From: Candidatus Moranbacteria bacterium GW2011_GWE2_35_2-
GTDB taxonomy: Bacteria; Patescibacteriota; Minisyncoccia; Moranbacterales; UBA9337
Direction of reading: 5' to 3'
DNA: 64,000 bases
Assembly (NCBI GenBank): GCA_000990585.1
Contig: LBQD01000004.1
Span: forward strand, 41,707-105,706
The notes under the pieces were generated by a model that did not search any database, was not told the origin of the DNA, and was given only the letters and a program-made list of their open reading frames with translations. The position numbers were made by a program, and so were the translations under genes. Below, in pieces: positions 12,426 through 20,590 of the stretch (the first letter of the stretch is position 1; every line of letters starts with the position of its first letter).

Positions 12426-13244
12426 ATGGAGAGAAAAACATTAATATTTTTAATTATAATAATTCTTCCTGCTATTTTTGTGGCGGGATTTTTGTTGTTT
12501 TCGACGAATTATGAAATTTTTGCAAATATGCGAAATGCAAACAGGGGAAAGGTTGTGATTGAAAATGTCAATGAATTTATAAATTCAAATACAAACATAC
12601 AAGCAGAAGGGAATATAGAGAAGATTGAGAATATGAATTTGGGAAGTGATGTTATTGACGGCACGGAGAGTATTGTTGAGAAAGTTGATGAAGTTGATTC
12701 TCTTGCTACGGACATTAAAGATGAAAGTGCAAAAGTTGATGCGGATATAGAAATTGAAAAAGAGGCGGAGAAAAAAACAATTGAGATAAAAATAATTAGG
12801 AATATTATTTCTTGGGGATATGAAAAAAAATCCAGCCGGAATATTGATACAATTATTATTCATTCTTCCTATGACGCACTGGGAAGCGAGCCATATAATG
12901 TGCGCGGACTTATTGAAGAATACAGGCAGTATGAAGTGGCACCGCATTATTTGATTGATCGGGAAGGTGGAATTTATCAGTTAGTGGAAGATAAAAATGT
13001 GGCTTATCACGCCGGGCAGTCGCAAGTTCCTGACGGTCGGACAGGAGTGAATGATTTTTCTTTGGGGATTGAGCTGATGAATACAAAAAAAGAAAAGTAT
13101 ACCGCGGAGCAATATGGCGCATTGAATGAAATTCTTGATTATTTGAAGGGAAAGTATAAAATAAAATACGTCTTGGGGCATAATCAAATTTCTCCGGGAA
13201 GAAAAGATGATCCATGGAATTTTGATTGGAATAAGGTTGATTAA
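12426..13244 (+). CDS. Membrane-anchored N-acetylmuramoyl-L-alanine amidase (Amidase_2/AmpD-like)
   Basis: IIIHSS, HYLID, AYHAG, SLGIEL and GHNQI..RK.DP motifs; N-terminal TM helix. Confidence 0.88.
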   Translation: MERKTLIFLIIIILPAIFVAGFLLFSTNYEIFANMRNANRGKVVIENVNEFINSNTNIQAEGNIEKIENMNLGSDVIDGTESIVEKVDEVDSLATDIKDESAKVDADIEIEKEAEKKTIEIKIIRNIISWGYEKKSSRNIDTIIIHSSYDALGSEPYNVRGLIEEYRQYEVAPHYLIDREGGIYQLVEDKNVAYHAGQSQVPDGRTGVNDFSLGIELMNTKKEKYTAEQYGALNEILDYLKGKYKIKYVLGHNQISPGRKDDPWNFDWNKVD

Positions 13245-13276
13245 TTTTTTTAGTTATTATTCCTACATTTTCCCTT

Positions 13277-13322
13277 GTCATTCCCGCGCTTTGTCCGTCT
13301 TTGAAGGAGAGGCGGGAATCCA
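13277..13322. repeat. GTCATTCCCGC..GCGGGAATCCA palindromic repeat with an expanded loop
   Basis: Same arms as the copy at 63739-63764. Confidence 0.7.
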
Positions 13323-13333
13323 GAAAAAACAGT

Positions 13334-13606
13334 ATGCATATTTTAGAAATCAAAATTAAAGATAACAATATTTTTCTTGTCTTGAAAAAAAGCGGGGAGG
13401 TTTTGGATAATCTCAAATGGAAAGATGGAAGCAGTTTGAGCCGGGATCTGCTTTCAAAAATCGACGGGATGCTTGCCAAAAACAGAATCAATTCGGAGGA
13501 TGTGAAACTGGAAGTTGCTTCGGATATGCCGGAAAATTTCACCACCCGCCGCATCGCCGAGGCAGTGGCGAATACCTGGAATTTTACTGTGGATAAGTTT
13601 GCTTGA
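13334..13606 (+). CDS. Minimal TsaB-like protein (N-terminal lobe only)
   Basis: SRDLLSKIDGML and FTTRRIA..VAN resemble the TsaB/YeaZ N-terminal region. Confidence 0.6.
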   Translation: MHILEIKIKDNNIFLVLKKSGEVLDNLKWKDGSSLSRDLLSKIDGMLAKNRINSEDVKLEVASDMPENFTTRRIAEAVANTWNFTVDKFA

Positions 13607-13630
13607 CTATAAAATCTCAGTTGAGATAAT
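13603..13630 (+). promoter_or_regulatory. Sigma70-type promoter of the riboswitch/SipW operon
   Basis: TTGACT, 16-nt spacer, GATAAT with extended -10 TG. Confidence 0.55.
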
Positions 13631-13652
13631 GAGAGTACAAAATAAAAAAAGA

Positions 13653-13790
13653 AAATTAGAAGGCTATGATCCGCGCAGAAAGCTAAAAATGGTTGCCCAT
13701 TATTGCGCGGGGAGTCAAATGGCAAAACCGATCTAATTTAATATGCAAAAATATTTTTTTTGCATATTAATGAAACTCGGTTTTTTGTTT
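13653..13790 (+). promoter_or_regulatory. c-di-GMP-II-like riboswitch with overlapping intrinsic terminator
   Basis: P1 AAATTAG/CTAATTT; P2 GGCT/AGTC; kink-turn ATGAT..GGA; P3 CCGCGCA/TGCGCGG; pseudoknot TTGCC/GGCAA; AACCGA; terminator AAAACCGA/TCGGTTTT plus T tract. Confidence 0.78.
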
Positions 13791-13939
13791 TTTAACAATA
13801 AGTATTTATAAGTTTATTTATTATTTAAACGGTTGTTTAAATATTTAAAGGTCGAGGTGGAAACTTCCAAAGTTTCAAAAATACTTATTTTTATAAAATA
13901 AGTATTGAAAATAATTTAAAAAGTAATAACAAAAAAATT

Positions 13940-14536
13940 ATGAAAAAAATATTTTTAAGTACGGCGATTATTTTTGCGGCGGTTGCGGTTGTAGTCGGTG
14001 CCACCGGAGCTCTTTTTTCCGATACTGAGGAAAGCAATGGCAATACTTTTACTGCCGGAAGCTTGGATTTGATTGTCAATGTTGATGGTAGCGAGATGAC
14101 TTCGCCGGTTTTCGATGAAGATAATTTGGTTCCAGGAAGTAATGGAGAAAAAACATTCGAAATAAGTTCCACGGGAGTCGTCGCTTGTGGAGTTGCGGAA
14201 GTGACACTTACCAGTGATGCTGATAATACTTGCACGGAACCTGAATCGGATGATGAAGAAAATTGCGGAACTGATGGTGATGGAGAATTGAATGATGAGA
14301 TGGTTTTCGGGATTTATGCCGCAGATGGAGTAACATCCCTTGCAAGCGGTCAATTTACCGGGGACGGGGAATATTCCCTGGGAGAATTGAATAATGGAAC
14401 ATATGTCATCAAATGGGAACTTCCGGAGGAAACCAACAATAGCGTTCAGACTGATTCATTTTCAGGAGATTTGAAAATTACCGCAACTCAAAAAACGGAT
14501 GAAGGTTGTGAGCCGATTGGTGAAATAGAAGATTAA
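13940..14536 (+). CDS. TasA/camelysin-like secreted protein with SipW-class signal peptide
   Basis: ATGALFSDTEES.GNTFTAGSLDL signature; acidic; paired Cys. Confidence 0.85.
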   Translation: MKKIFLSTAIIFAAVAVVVGATGALFSDTEESNGNTFTAGSLDLIVNVDGSEMTSPVFDEDNLVPGSNGEKTFEISSTGVVACGVAEVTLTSDADNTCTEPESDDEENCGTDGDGELNDEMVFGIYAADGVTSLASGQFTGDGEYSLGELNNGTYVIKWELPEETNNSVQTDSFSGDLKITATQKTDEGCEPIGEIED

Positions 14537-14592
14537 TTTCTATATTCTCTCAATTTTCAAGGAAAGAAGATGTCTGAGAATAGAAAATTATT

Positions 14593-15324
14593 ATGAAAAA
14601 GATACTGTTTAGCCTAGGAACAATCGGAGTGGCAAGTATCGTTTTGGTTGGCGGTACGATGTCTTTTTTTGGCGACACCGAAAAAAGCGTCGGCAATACT
14701 TTCAGCGCAAGCGCAATCGATTTAAAAGTGGACTATCAATGTTCCGGAGTTGATTGCTCGTTTTCCGAGCGCGATTTGGTGGATAACCGTCCGTTTTTTT
14801 CCGAATATAGCGTCATACCTGGCGACAGCCGGTCATCTGCCATTAGCTGGCACGTGTATAGCGATAATGCTTGGGGACGAATAAGTTTGTCCAGTCTTTA
14901 TGATTGGGAAAACTCTTGCGGTGAACCGGAAGAAAAAGAAGACTTAACCTGTGGAGATCCGGGAATGGGAGAAGGAGAGTTTGGAGAAAAACTCCTTTTT
15001 ACTTTTTGGATGGACGAAGGGGAGATTTCCGGTTGGCAATGTTCGACAAACATGCCGGCGTGTGCGTCCGATCCTGGCGAAGGAAATAAAATTATGGATG
15101 GCGCAGAAAGAGCGTTATTGGAAGACGTTTCAGCTAGTAATATTCATAATATAGGCTGGATTGTCTTGCCGGAAGAAATCGTCGCTTCTAGTACATATTA
15201 TTTGGGAATAAAATGGAGCCTGCCGGAAAATGAAGGAAATATTTTGCAAGGCGATTCCGTTTCGGGGAAAATAACAATGCAAGTGGTTCAATCGGAAGAT
15301 AATCCCGATAAAATATTTCCGTAA
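14593..15324 (+). CDS. Second SipW-class (TasA-like) secreted protein
   Basis: GTMSFFGDTEKS.GNTFSASAIDL signature; paralog of the upstream gene. Confidence 0.82.
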   Translation: MKKILFSLGTIGVASIVLVGGTMSFFGDTEKSVGNTFSASAIDLKVDYQCSGVDCSFSERDLVDNRPFFSEYSVIPGDSRSSAISWHVYSDNAWGRISLSSLYDWENSCGEPEEKEDLTCGDPGMGEGEFGEKLLFTFWMDEGEISGWQCSTNMPACASDPGEGNKIMDGAERALLEDVSASNIHNIGWIVLPEEIVASSTYYLGIKWSLPENEGNILQGDSVSGKITMQVVQSEDNPDKIFP

Positions 15325-15394
15325 ACAAGTTTTTGAGTTTTTTGAAACTTTCTTCCCGATCTCTTGTGGGTCGGGGGATGAAGTTTTATATAGT

Positions 15395-15928
15395 ATGAAA
15401 ATATTTGAATTTATTTCTTATGTTTTTTTCGGAGCCGTTATAATAGTGGTTTTGTTTTTGGCGATGTCTGTTTTTCCGATTTTTGGATATTATCGAGTGA
15501 TGGTGGTACAGTCGGGATCGATGGAGCCTGCCGTCAAAACCGGAAGCATTGTGGCCGTTAAATCGGCGGGAAATTATAATGCTAATGATATTGTTAGTTT
15601 TGCGGACGCAAAAACGCCAAAAAAAACAATCACTCATCGCATCATTGAAATAAAAGAAAAAGATGGAGAAAAAAAATATGCAACCAAAGGAGATGCTAAT
15701 TCGGAACGTGATTTTAATGAAGTTGCACAGGAAAATATTATCGGGAAAGTTTTTTTGACGGTTCCGTATTTGGGATATGTTATTCATACTGCAAAACAAC
15801 CATATGGATTCGCGACATTGGTAGTCGTTCCCGCTCTGATTATTATTTTTGATGAATTTGGAAAAATAAAAAGTGAAATCGTGAGGATGAAAAAGTTGAA
15901 AAATGACACAAAAAAAGAAGATTTATGA
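15395..15928 (+). CDS. sipW: ER-type signal peptidase I
   Basis: VQSGSMEP (Ser), ITHRI (His), TKGDAN...D and VPYLGY motifs. Confidence 0.9.
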   Translation: MKIFEFISYVFFGAVIIVVLFLAMSVFPIFGYYRVMVVQSGSMEPAVKTGSIVAVKSAGNYNANDIVSFADAKTPKKTITHRIIEIKEKDGEKKYATKGDANSERDFNEVAQENIIGKVFLTVPYLGYVIHTAKQPYGFATLVVVPALIIIFDEFGKIKSEIVRMKKLKNDTKKEDL

Positions 15929-17028
15929 AGGTTTATTTTCACAAAATTTCAATTGTAGTATTGTTTATTTTGTTTGCTTTGTCTTCGGATACGCAGGCGT
16001 TTTTTGAAGATAGCGAAAAAACAAAAAAAAATTTGTTTAAGGCGGGGATGTTGGATATGAAAATCGACGGAGCTAATCCATTTGTTCAAAGAAATGTTGT
16101 GGAAGGTGATGAATTTTTTCAAGAATTTTATCTTAAGAATAAAGGAACAATCGATTTTGATTATAAAATTTTTACTGAAAACGTGTCGGGAGATTTGTGT
16201 GGACAATTGAATGTCAAGGCGAAAGCGGAAGGCGAAGAAATTTTTGATGGAAAATTGGAAGATTTTTCATATTCGGATAATTTGAAAGCGGGAAAAAATA
16301 TCAATTGGAAGTTGGAATTAAAAGTTGGAGACGGAGATTGGGAAGAAAAATGTAAATTCGATGTTTATTTCAACGCGTGGCAAAAAAATTTTTCTTTTAA
16401 GCAAGGATGGAATGATGCGGAGGAAATATCAGGAAATGAAATTGTTTTTATAGACGAACCAAAAAAGAGAGTGATTATCAATGAGGTGATGTGGATGGGT
16501 TCGACTGCTTCTTCTTCGGATGAATGGATTGAATTGCGAAATTTGTCCGATGAAAAAATCGATATTGGTGGTTGGGAAATTGAAAACGCTAGGTCAAGCG
16601 GTAGCAGTCTGAAAATTCCTGGTGGAAAGAGCATTGATTCTAACGGGTATTTTCTGATTTCTAATTATTCCGATGAAAGCGCGAATTCCGTACTTGCGGT
16701 TGAAGTTGATGAAGTTAATTCCAGTATTTCTTTGTCAAATTTCGGAAATGGAAATTTGGTATTGAAAAATGAGAAAGAAAATATAGAGGATGAAGTAATG
16801 GGCATCGAATGGTTTTTTGGAGAAAACGGAAATAATAAAAAATCAATGGAAAGAAATAATGAATATGGAAATGGATTAGAAGAAAAAAATTGGCATACTT
16901 GCGAAAGAGAGATTTGTGCCAGTGGATATTTTTGGGACAAGCCGGAAGAAAATTTCGGAACCCCCGGAGAAAAAAACAGCGATATATTCAAAATTCGCAT
17001 CGAAAAACCGCCAAGCACGAGAAGATAA
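15925..17028 (+). CDS. SipW-class secreted protein with a lamin-tail domain
   Basis: TQAFFEDSE...N.FKAG.LD signal; VIINEVMW..DEWIELRN and GTPG..NS LTD motifs. Confidence 0.8.
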   Translation: MKVYFHKISIVVLFILFALSSDTQAFFEDSEKTKKNLFKAGMLDMKIDGANPFVQRNVVEGDEFFQEFYLKNKGTIDFDYKIFTENVSGDLCGQLNVKAKAEGEEIFDGKLEDFSYSDNLKAGKNINWKLELKVGDGDWEEKCKFDVYFNAWQKNFSFKQGWNDAEEISGNEIVFIDEPKKRVIINEVMWMGSTASSSDEWIELRNLSDEKIDIGGWEIENARSSGSSLKIPGGKSIDSNGYFLISNYSDESANSVLAVEVDEVNSSISLSNFGNGNLVLKNEKENIEDEVMGIEWFFGENGNNKKSMERNNEYGNGLEEKNWHTCEREICASGYFWDKPEENFGTPGEKNSDIFKIRIEKPPSTRR

Positions 17029-17073
17029 TTTTTGAGGTTGCTTTAGGCTGAAGCTTGCGTTATATTACAGTAC

Positions 17074-18345
17074 ATGAATAACAATAAAAATTTGGAACTA
17101 CTCGCGCCGGCTGGGTCGGTGGAGAAAATGAAATATGCTTTTGCTTATGGGGCGGACGCGGTGTATGCCGGCGTGCCGGATTTTTCACTGCGCGCGCGAA
17201 TCAATGATTTCGATTGGAATTCCTTGAAAGAAGGTGTGGAATATGCTCACAAGTTGGGAAAGAAATTTTATGTGACACTCAATATTTATGCGCATAACAT
17301 TCATCTTGAAAAATTGGAAAAAGATTTGGACGAACTGAAAAAAGTCGGAGCGGACGCGGTGTTGATTAGTGATCCTGGAATTTTGGAGTTGGTGAAAGAA
17401 AAATTGCCGGAAATTGAAATCCATCTTTCCACTCAAGCCAACGCGACCAACTGGCGGGCGGTGAAATTTTGGGCAGATCAGGGAATTAGGAGAGTGGTTT
17501 TGGCGCGGGAAGTGACACTTGAAGAAATTCGGGAAATCAAAAAAGAAAATCCAAATGTTGAATTGGAATATTTTGTGCACGGGGCGATGTGTATGAGTTA
17601 TTCCGGACGCTGTATGCTTTCCAAATGGATGCGCGGGCGAAGCGCTAATTTGGGAGATTGTGTACAACCTTGTCGATGGGAATACAAGAAAATGAATGTC
17701 ATTGATCATCAGGGGGAGTTTGAGATGGAGGTGGAGGAGGACAAGCAGGGGACATATTTTTTCAACAGCAAAGATTTGAATTTGCTTTCTCATTTGAAAG
17801 AATTGGTGGATGCCGGCGTGGAATCATTCAAAATCGAAGGACGCAACAAAAGTGTGTATTATTTGGCGGTGGTCGTGCGGGCTTATTCGAGAATTATGAA
17901 GCATGAATCAAGAATTAAGAATGGGGAGGAGAAGAAGAAATACGAAGAGGTGTTGAAGGAGGAAATGGAAAATTTGAATTCGCTCTTTCATCGGGGATAT
18001 ACATCCGGATTTTTGCTGGGTAATGAGCCGGAGCATAATTTTGAAAATTCGCACAATGAATCAGAATGGGAGTTTGTCGGGGAAGTCATAAACCGATGCG
18101 AATCTACGAATAGTGCGAATAAACGAATAGTGGAAGTTAAGCCGCATAATGCGATTTATCTTGGCGATGAAATTGAGATTGTCGATCAAAAAGGAAATCA
18201 TCCGGCAAAATTGGAAAAGATCTTCAATGAAGAAATGCAAGAAGCCCTCTCCGCCCACGGCGGACAAGGAAAAAATTATTTCCTGCAAATTGACAAAAAA
18301 GACATCCAGCCATTTTCTTTAATTAGAAAGAAAATAAAAAAATAA
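17074..18345 (+). CDS. Peptidase U32 family Fe-S protein (TrhP/YegQ-like tRNA hydroxylation)
   Basis: ELLAPAG, HLSTQA, EYFVHGAMCMSYSGRC...CVQPCR and KIEGR motifs. Confidence 0.9.
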   Translation: MNNNKNLELLAPAGSVEKMKYAFAYGADAVYAGVPDFSLRARINDFDWNSLKEGVEYAHKLGKKFYVTLNIYAHNIHLEKLEKDLDELKKVGADAVLISDPGILELVKEKLPEIEIHLSTQANATNWRAVKFWADQGIRRVVLAREVTLEEIREIKKENPNVELEYFVHGAMCMSYSGRCMLSKWMRGRSANLGDCVQPCRWEYKKMNVIDHQGEFEMEVEEDKQGTYFFNSKDLNLLSHLKELVDAGVESFKIEGRNKSVYYLAVVVRAYSRIMKHESRIKNGEEKKKYEEVLKEEMENLNSLFHRGYTSGFLLGNEPEHNFENSHNESEWEFVGEVINRCESTNSANKRIVEVKPHNAIYLGDEIEIVDQKGNHPAKLEKIFNEEMQEALSAHGGQGKNYFLQIDKKDIQPFSLIRKKIKK

Positions 18346-18376
18346 AAAAGTCAATTATGTTATAAATTATTATCGA

Positions 18377-18413
18377 TACTACAGTTTGTTCACGATCGCG
18401 AGATTTTGTAGTA
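18377..18413 (+). repeat. 37-bp site, left copy of an inverted pair flanking the PaaX-like gene
   Basis: TACTACAGTTTGTTCACGATCGCGAGATTTTGTAGTA; inverted copy at 19037-19073. Confidence 0.85.
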
Positions 18414-18423
18414 TAATTTCGGT

Positions 18424-19014
18424 ATGAGTAAAAATGATAAAAATATAGCAGAAAAAAGATTCGCTAAAAAAATTCTAGATAATTCAATAAGTGCCGGAGT
18501 TTGGATATTTTCAAATCTAGCTCTTTTTGGTGAAGCAACTATTGAAATATTTTTAAATCCTTCTTATTATAATGATCCTTTGGACGGATTTAGTGGAAGA
18601 GGAGTGATTGATTTTGAAAAACTTAAAAATAAAAAGTTTCAAGAAAAAACAATAAGACAAAGTATCCGTAGGTTGCAAAAACAAGGTTTTGTGAAAAAAG
18701 AAGGGAGTTCTTTTTTGTTGACTGAAAAAGGTCGTAATATTTTAGATTATGTTTTGAAAAGAAAAAAAGTTTTGGATAAAAAATGGGATAAGAAATACCG
18801 AGTGGTTATTTTTGATATTCCGGAAGATATGAGGAAGGATCGGGATTGGCTTCGAGGCGAACTTTACCTTTTAAATTACAAACAATTGCAAAAAAGTGTT
18901 TTTATGAGTAAATATCCTTTAACTTCGGATTTAATAAGAGAAATAAAAATGAGAAAAATCGGAAATTATGTTGATTATATGCTTGTGGAAAAAATATACA
19001 GTATAAAGGATTAG
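18424..19014 (+). CDS. PaaX-like regulator (wHTH plus Cas2-like domain)
   Basis: IRRLQKQGFV..LTEKG, WDKKYRVVIFDIPE..R..RD.LR and LQKSVF motifs. Confidence 0.8.
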   Translation: MSKNDKNIAEKRFAKKILDNSISAGVWIFSNLALFGEATIEIFLNPSYYNDPLDGFSGRGVIDFEKLKNKKFQEKTIRQSIRRLQKQGFVKKEGSSFLLTEKGRNILDYVLKRKKVLDKKWDKKYRVVIFDIPEDMRKDRDWLRGELYLLNYKQLQKSVFMSKYPLTSDLIREIKMRKIGNYVDYMLVEKIYSIKD

Positions 19015-19036
19015 TTGGAAGTGGTGATATTTGTTG

Positions 19037-19073
19037 TGCTACAAAATCTCGCGATCGTGAATGTTTTGTAGTA
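19037..19073 (-). repeat. 37-bp site, right inverted copy
   Basis: TGCTACAAAATCTCGCGATCGTGAATGTTTTGTAGTA; 23-bp perfect inverted match to the left copy. Confidence 0.85.
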
Positions 19074-19099
19074 AATATATTTTTTAGGATAAATGGAGA

Positions 19100-19159
19100 A
19101 AATAAAAAAAGCCTCACCCTTTGCGCGTTAAATTTGACGCATTTCGGATGAGGGTTTTT
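19100..19159 (-). terminator. Branched terminator-like hairpin after the small minus-strand genes
   Basis: CCTCATCC..GGGTGAGG stem plus T tract on the minus strand; homologous to 20137-20192. Confidence 0.65.
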
Positions 19160-19181
19160 GGTTAATAATATTAACCCGGCA

Positions 19182-19442
19182 TTAACCTGGCATTTTAATG
19201 GCTTCGAGAATTTTGGTTATGTTCGATTGTGAATCTTGAATTGAAAACTCATTAGTTCCTATTTTATTCCATTTTGTTTTTTTGGCTATGAATTCTACCA
19301 GATGATCCGGAGCTGACACGTAGCATATCGGATATTTTTCTCCAAGGAATGCTTCATAGAATTGCGCAGTAATAATATAATTTCCTGCAACAAGATCTTT
19401 CTTGGACATACTAGCAGCAATTTCATGATCAATGACCTTCAT
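19182..19442 (-). CDS. Small hypothetical protein, paralog of 19462..19731
   Basis: AGGAG SD; shares AP..V....KT.W..I..N.F. Confidence 0.7.
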   Translation of the reverse strand: MKVIDHEIAASMSKKDLVAGNYIITAQFYEAFLGEKYPICYVSAPDHLVEFIAKKTKWNKIGTNEFSIQDSQSNITKILEAIKMPG

Positions 19443-19461
19443 TTTTTTCTCCTTTTCTTGA

Positions 19462-19731
19462 TTATTGAATTTCCAGATTTTCTAATATTTCAATTACATT
19501 TTTCTCAATATCTGCGACTATGAAAAAATTGTTTTCTATTATTTCCCATCCGGTTTTTTCGGACACATGAAATACTATTTCCCTGGGAGCTACTATGTGA
19601 AAAAGAGTGTATGTGAATTTAGGAGGGAGCTCTTCTTGAAATTCTGAAACTATTGCAACGTTTCTTTTTGCAAGTTCTAACAGTTTCAAAAAAGACATTT
19701 TATTCGCTTCGTCATATGTAATAATCTTCAT
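19462..19731 (-). CDS. Small hypothetical protein
   Basis: GGAGG SD; upstream minus-strand TTGACT-17-TAACAT promoter (19796-19824). Confidence 0.7.
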   Translation of the reverse strand: MKIITYDEANKMSFLKLLELAKRNVAIVSEFQEELPPKFTYTLFHIVAPREIVFHVSEKTGWEIIENNFFIVADIEKNVIEILENLEIQ

Positions 19732-19829
19732 TGTATTTCCTCCGAGGTTATGTTTGTAAAATAGCTATGAGATATCAATAATATGATATCAAAAAATGTT
19801 AGCACGAGAAAAGAAGAAAGTCAATCGAT

Positions 19830-19858
19830 TTGACCGGAAGGATTAAATTTTATATACT
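19830..19858 (+). promoter_or_regulatory. Sigma70 promoter of the T-box leader
   Basis: TTGACC, 17-nt spacer, TATACT. Confidence 0.7.
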
Positions 19859-19877
19859 AAAAACAGGAAAATTCAAG

Positions 19878-20131
19878 TCGGCGATGATGAGGGGTTGGAG
19901 CCTTGGAGCTGATGGGAATTTAATCAAGGTGCTTCGACGCAAGGTCGGAGAAAGTGGGTGGAACCGCCCCGCAAACATTTTCAAGGATTGTTGAAAACTT
20001 GCCGATGTTTCGAGGTCCCGCATTGTTTTGAAAGATTTTGATATGTCTTTCGGAAAATGTGCGGGGCAAGCGGGAAGCCAGAAACTCGTCCCAAGCATAT
20101 TTTGAAAGGTATGTTCGGGACGAGTTTTTTT
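19878..20131 (+). promoter_or_regulatory. Atypical T-box riboswitch (ultrashort Stem I, Gly specifier) with terminator
   Basis: Kink-turn stem TCGGC-GATGAT-GAGG-GGTTGGAG-CCTT-GGA-GCTGA; T-box AAAGTGGGTGGAACCGC; CGTCCC partner inside terminator AAACTCGTCCC..GGGACGAGTTTTTT. Confidence 0.78.
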
Positions 20132-20210
20132 GATAAAATAAAAAAAGCCTCATCCGATGTGCTAAAGTTCAGCACGTTTCGGACAAGACTTTCAAAGCTG
20201 CAGGAAATTA

Positions 20211-20513
20211 TTATACGTTTTTGATCGCCGCAATAATTCTTTCAAGGGTCATCCCTTTCCTTGCAACGACGTACGTCATCATGCCGGGAATGTTGATGGA
20301 AGGTTCATCCTGAAAAGAAAATTTTACATTGAAACTTCTGGCATTAGTTTGGCGACAGAGCTGTTCGAGATCCTCGTAACTTCCGTGGACCATGATGTAT
20401 TCGCCAGACTCCTCGATTGCGAAATTGGCATCGGCGCCGAGAAGATACGCACTTAATTTTTCGGAATTCAAAAAAATTTCCTGCGGGATTTTCTTGGAAT
20501 TTATTGCATCCAT
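20211..20513 (-). CDS. Small hypothetical protein, antisense to the glyQS leader
   Basis: AGGAG SD, 100 aa, own terminator at 20137-20192. Confidence 0.7.
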   Translation of the reverse strand: MDAINSKKIPQEIFLNSEKLSAYLLGADANFAIEESGEYIMVHGSYEDLEQLCRQTNARSFNVKFSFQDEPSINIPGMMTYVVARKGMTLERIIAAIKNV

Positions 20514-20590
20514 TTTGTTCTCCTTTTTCTGATAGTTAACCCATAAAAATAGGGCATTTATAAAAATAACTAATTTAACATCATAAAATT

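Noticed and set aside
12910-13736. 271-aa minus-strand ORF and 73-aa ORF across the riboswitch
   Set aside because: They overlap the amidase, the TsaB-like gene and the aptamer, and show no recognisable motifs.
13653-13790. c-di-GMP-I (GEMM) riboswitch
   Set aside because: No GNRA tetraloop/receptor or GCAAA..GACGCAAA layout; the kink-turn and pseudoknot fit class II instead.
18424-19014. CRISPR-Cas locus suggested by the Cas2-like domain and 37-bp repeats
   Set aside because: Only two repeats, inverted rather than direct; no spacers, cas1 or effector genes; the wHTH fusion fits the PaaX-like family.
19850-20175. Three short minus-strand ORFs; alternatively RNase P, SRP, 6S or tmRNA
   Set aside because: The ORFs are shadows of a structured + strand RNA. 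Hallmark motifs of those ncRNAs were not found, whereas the T-box motifs are present.
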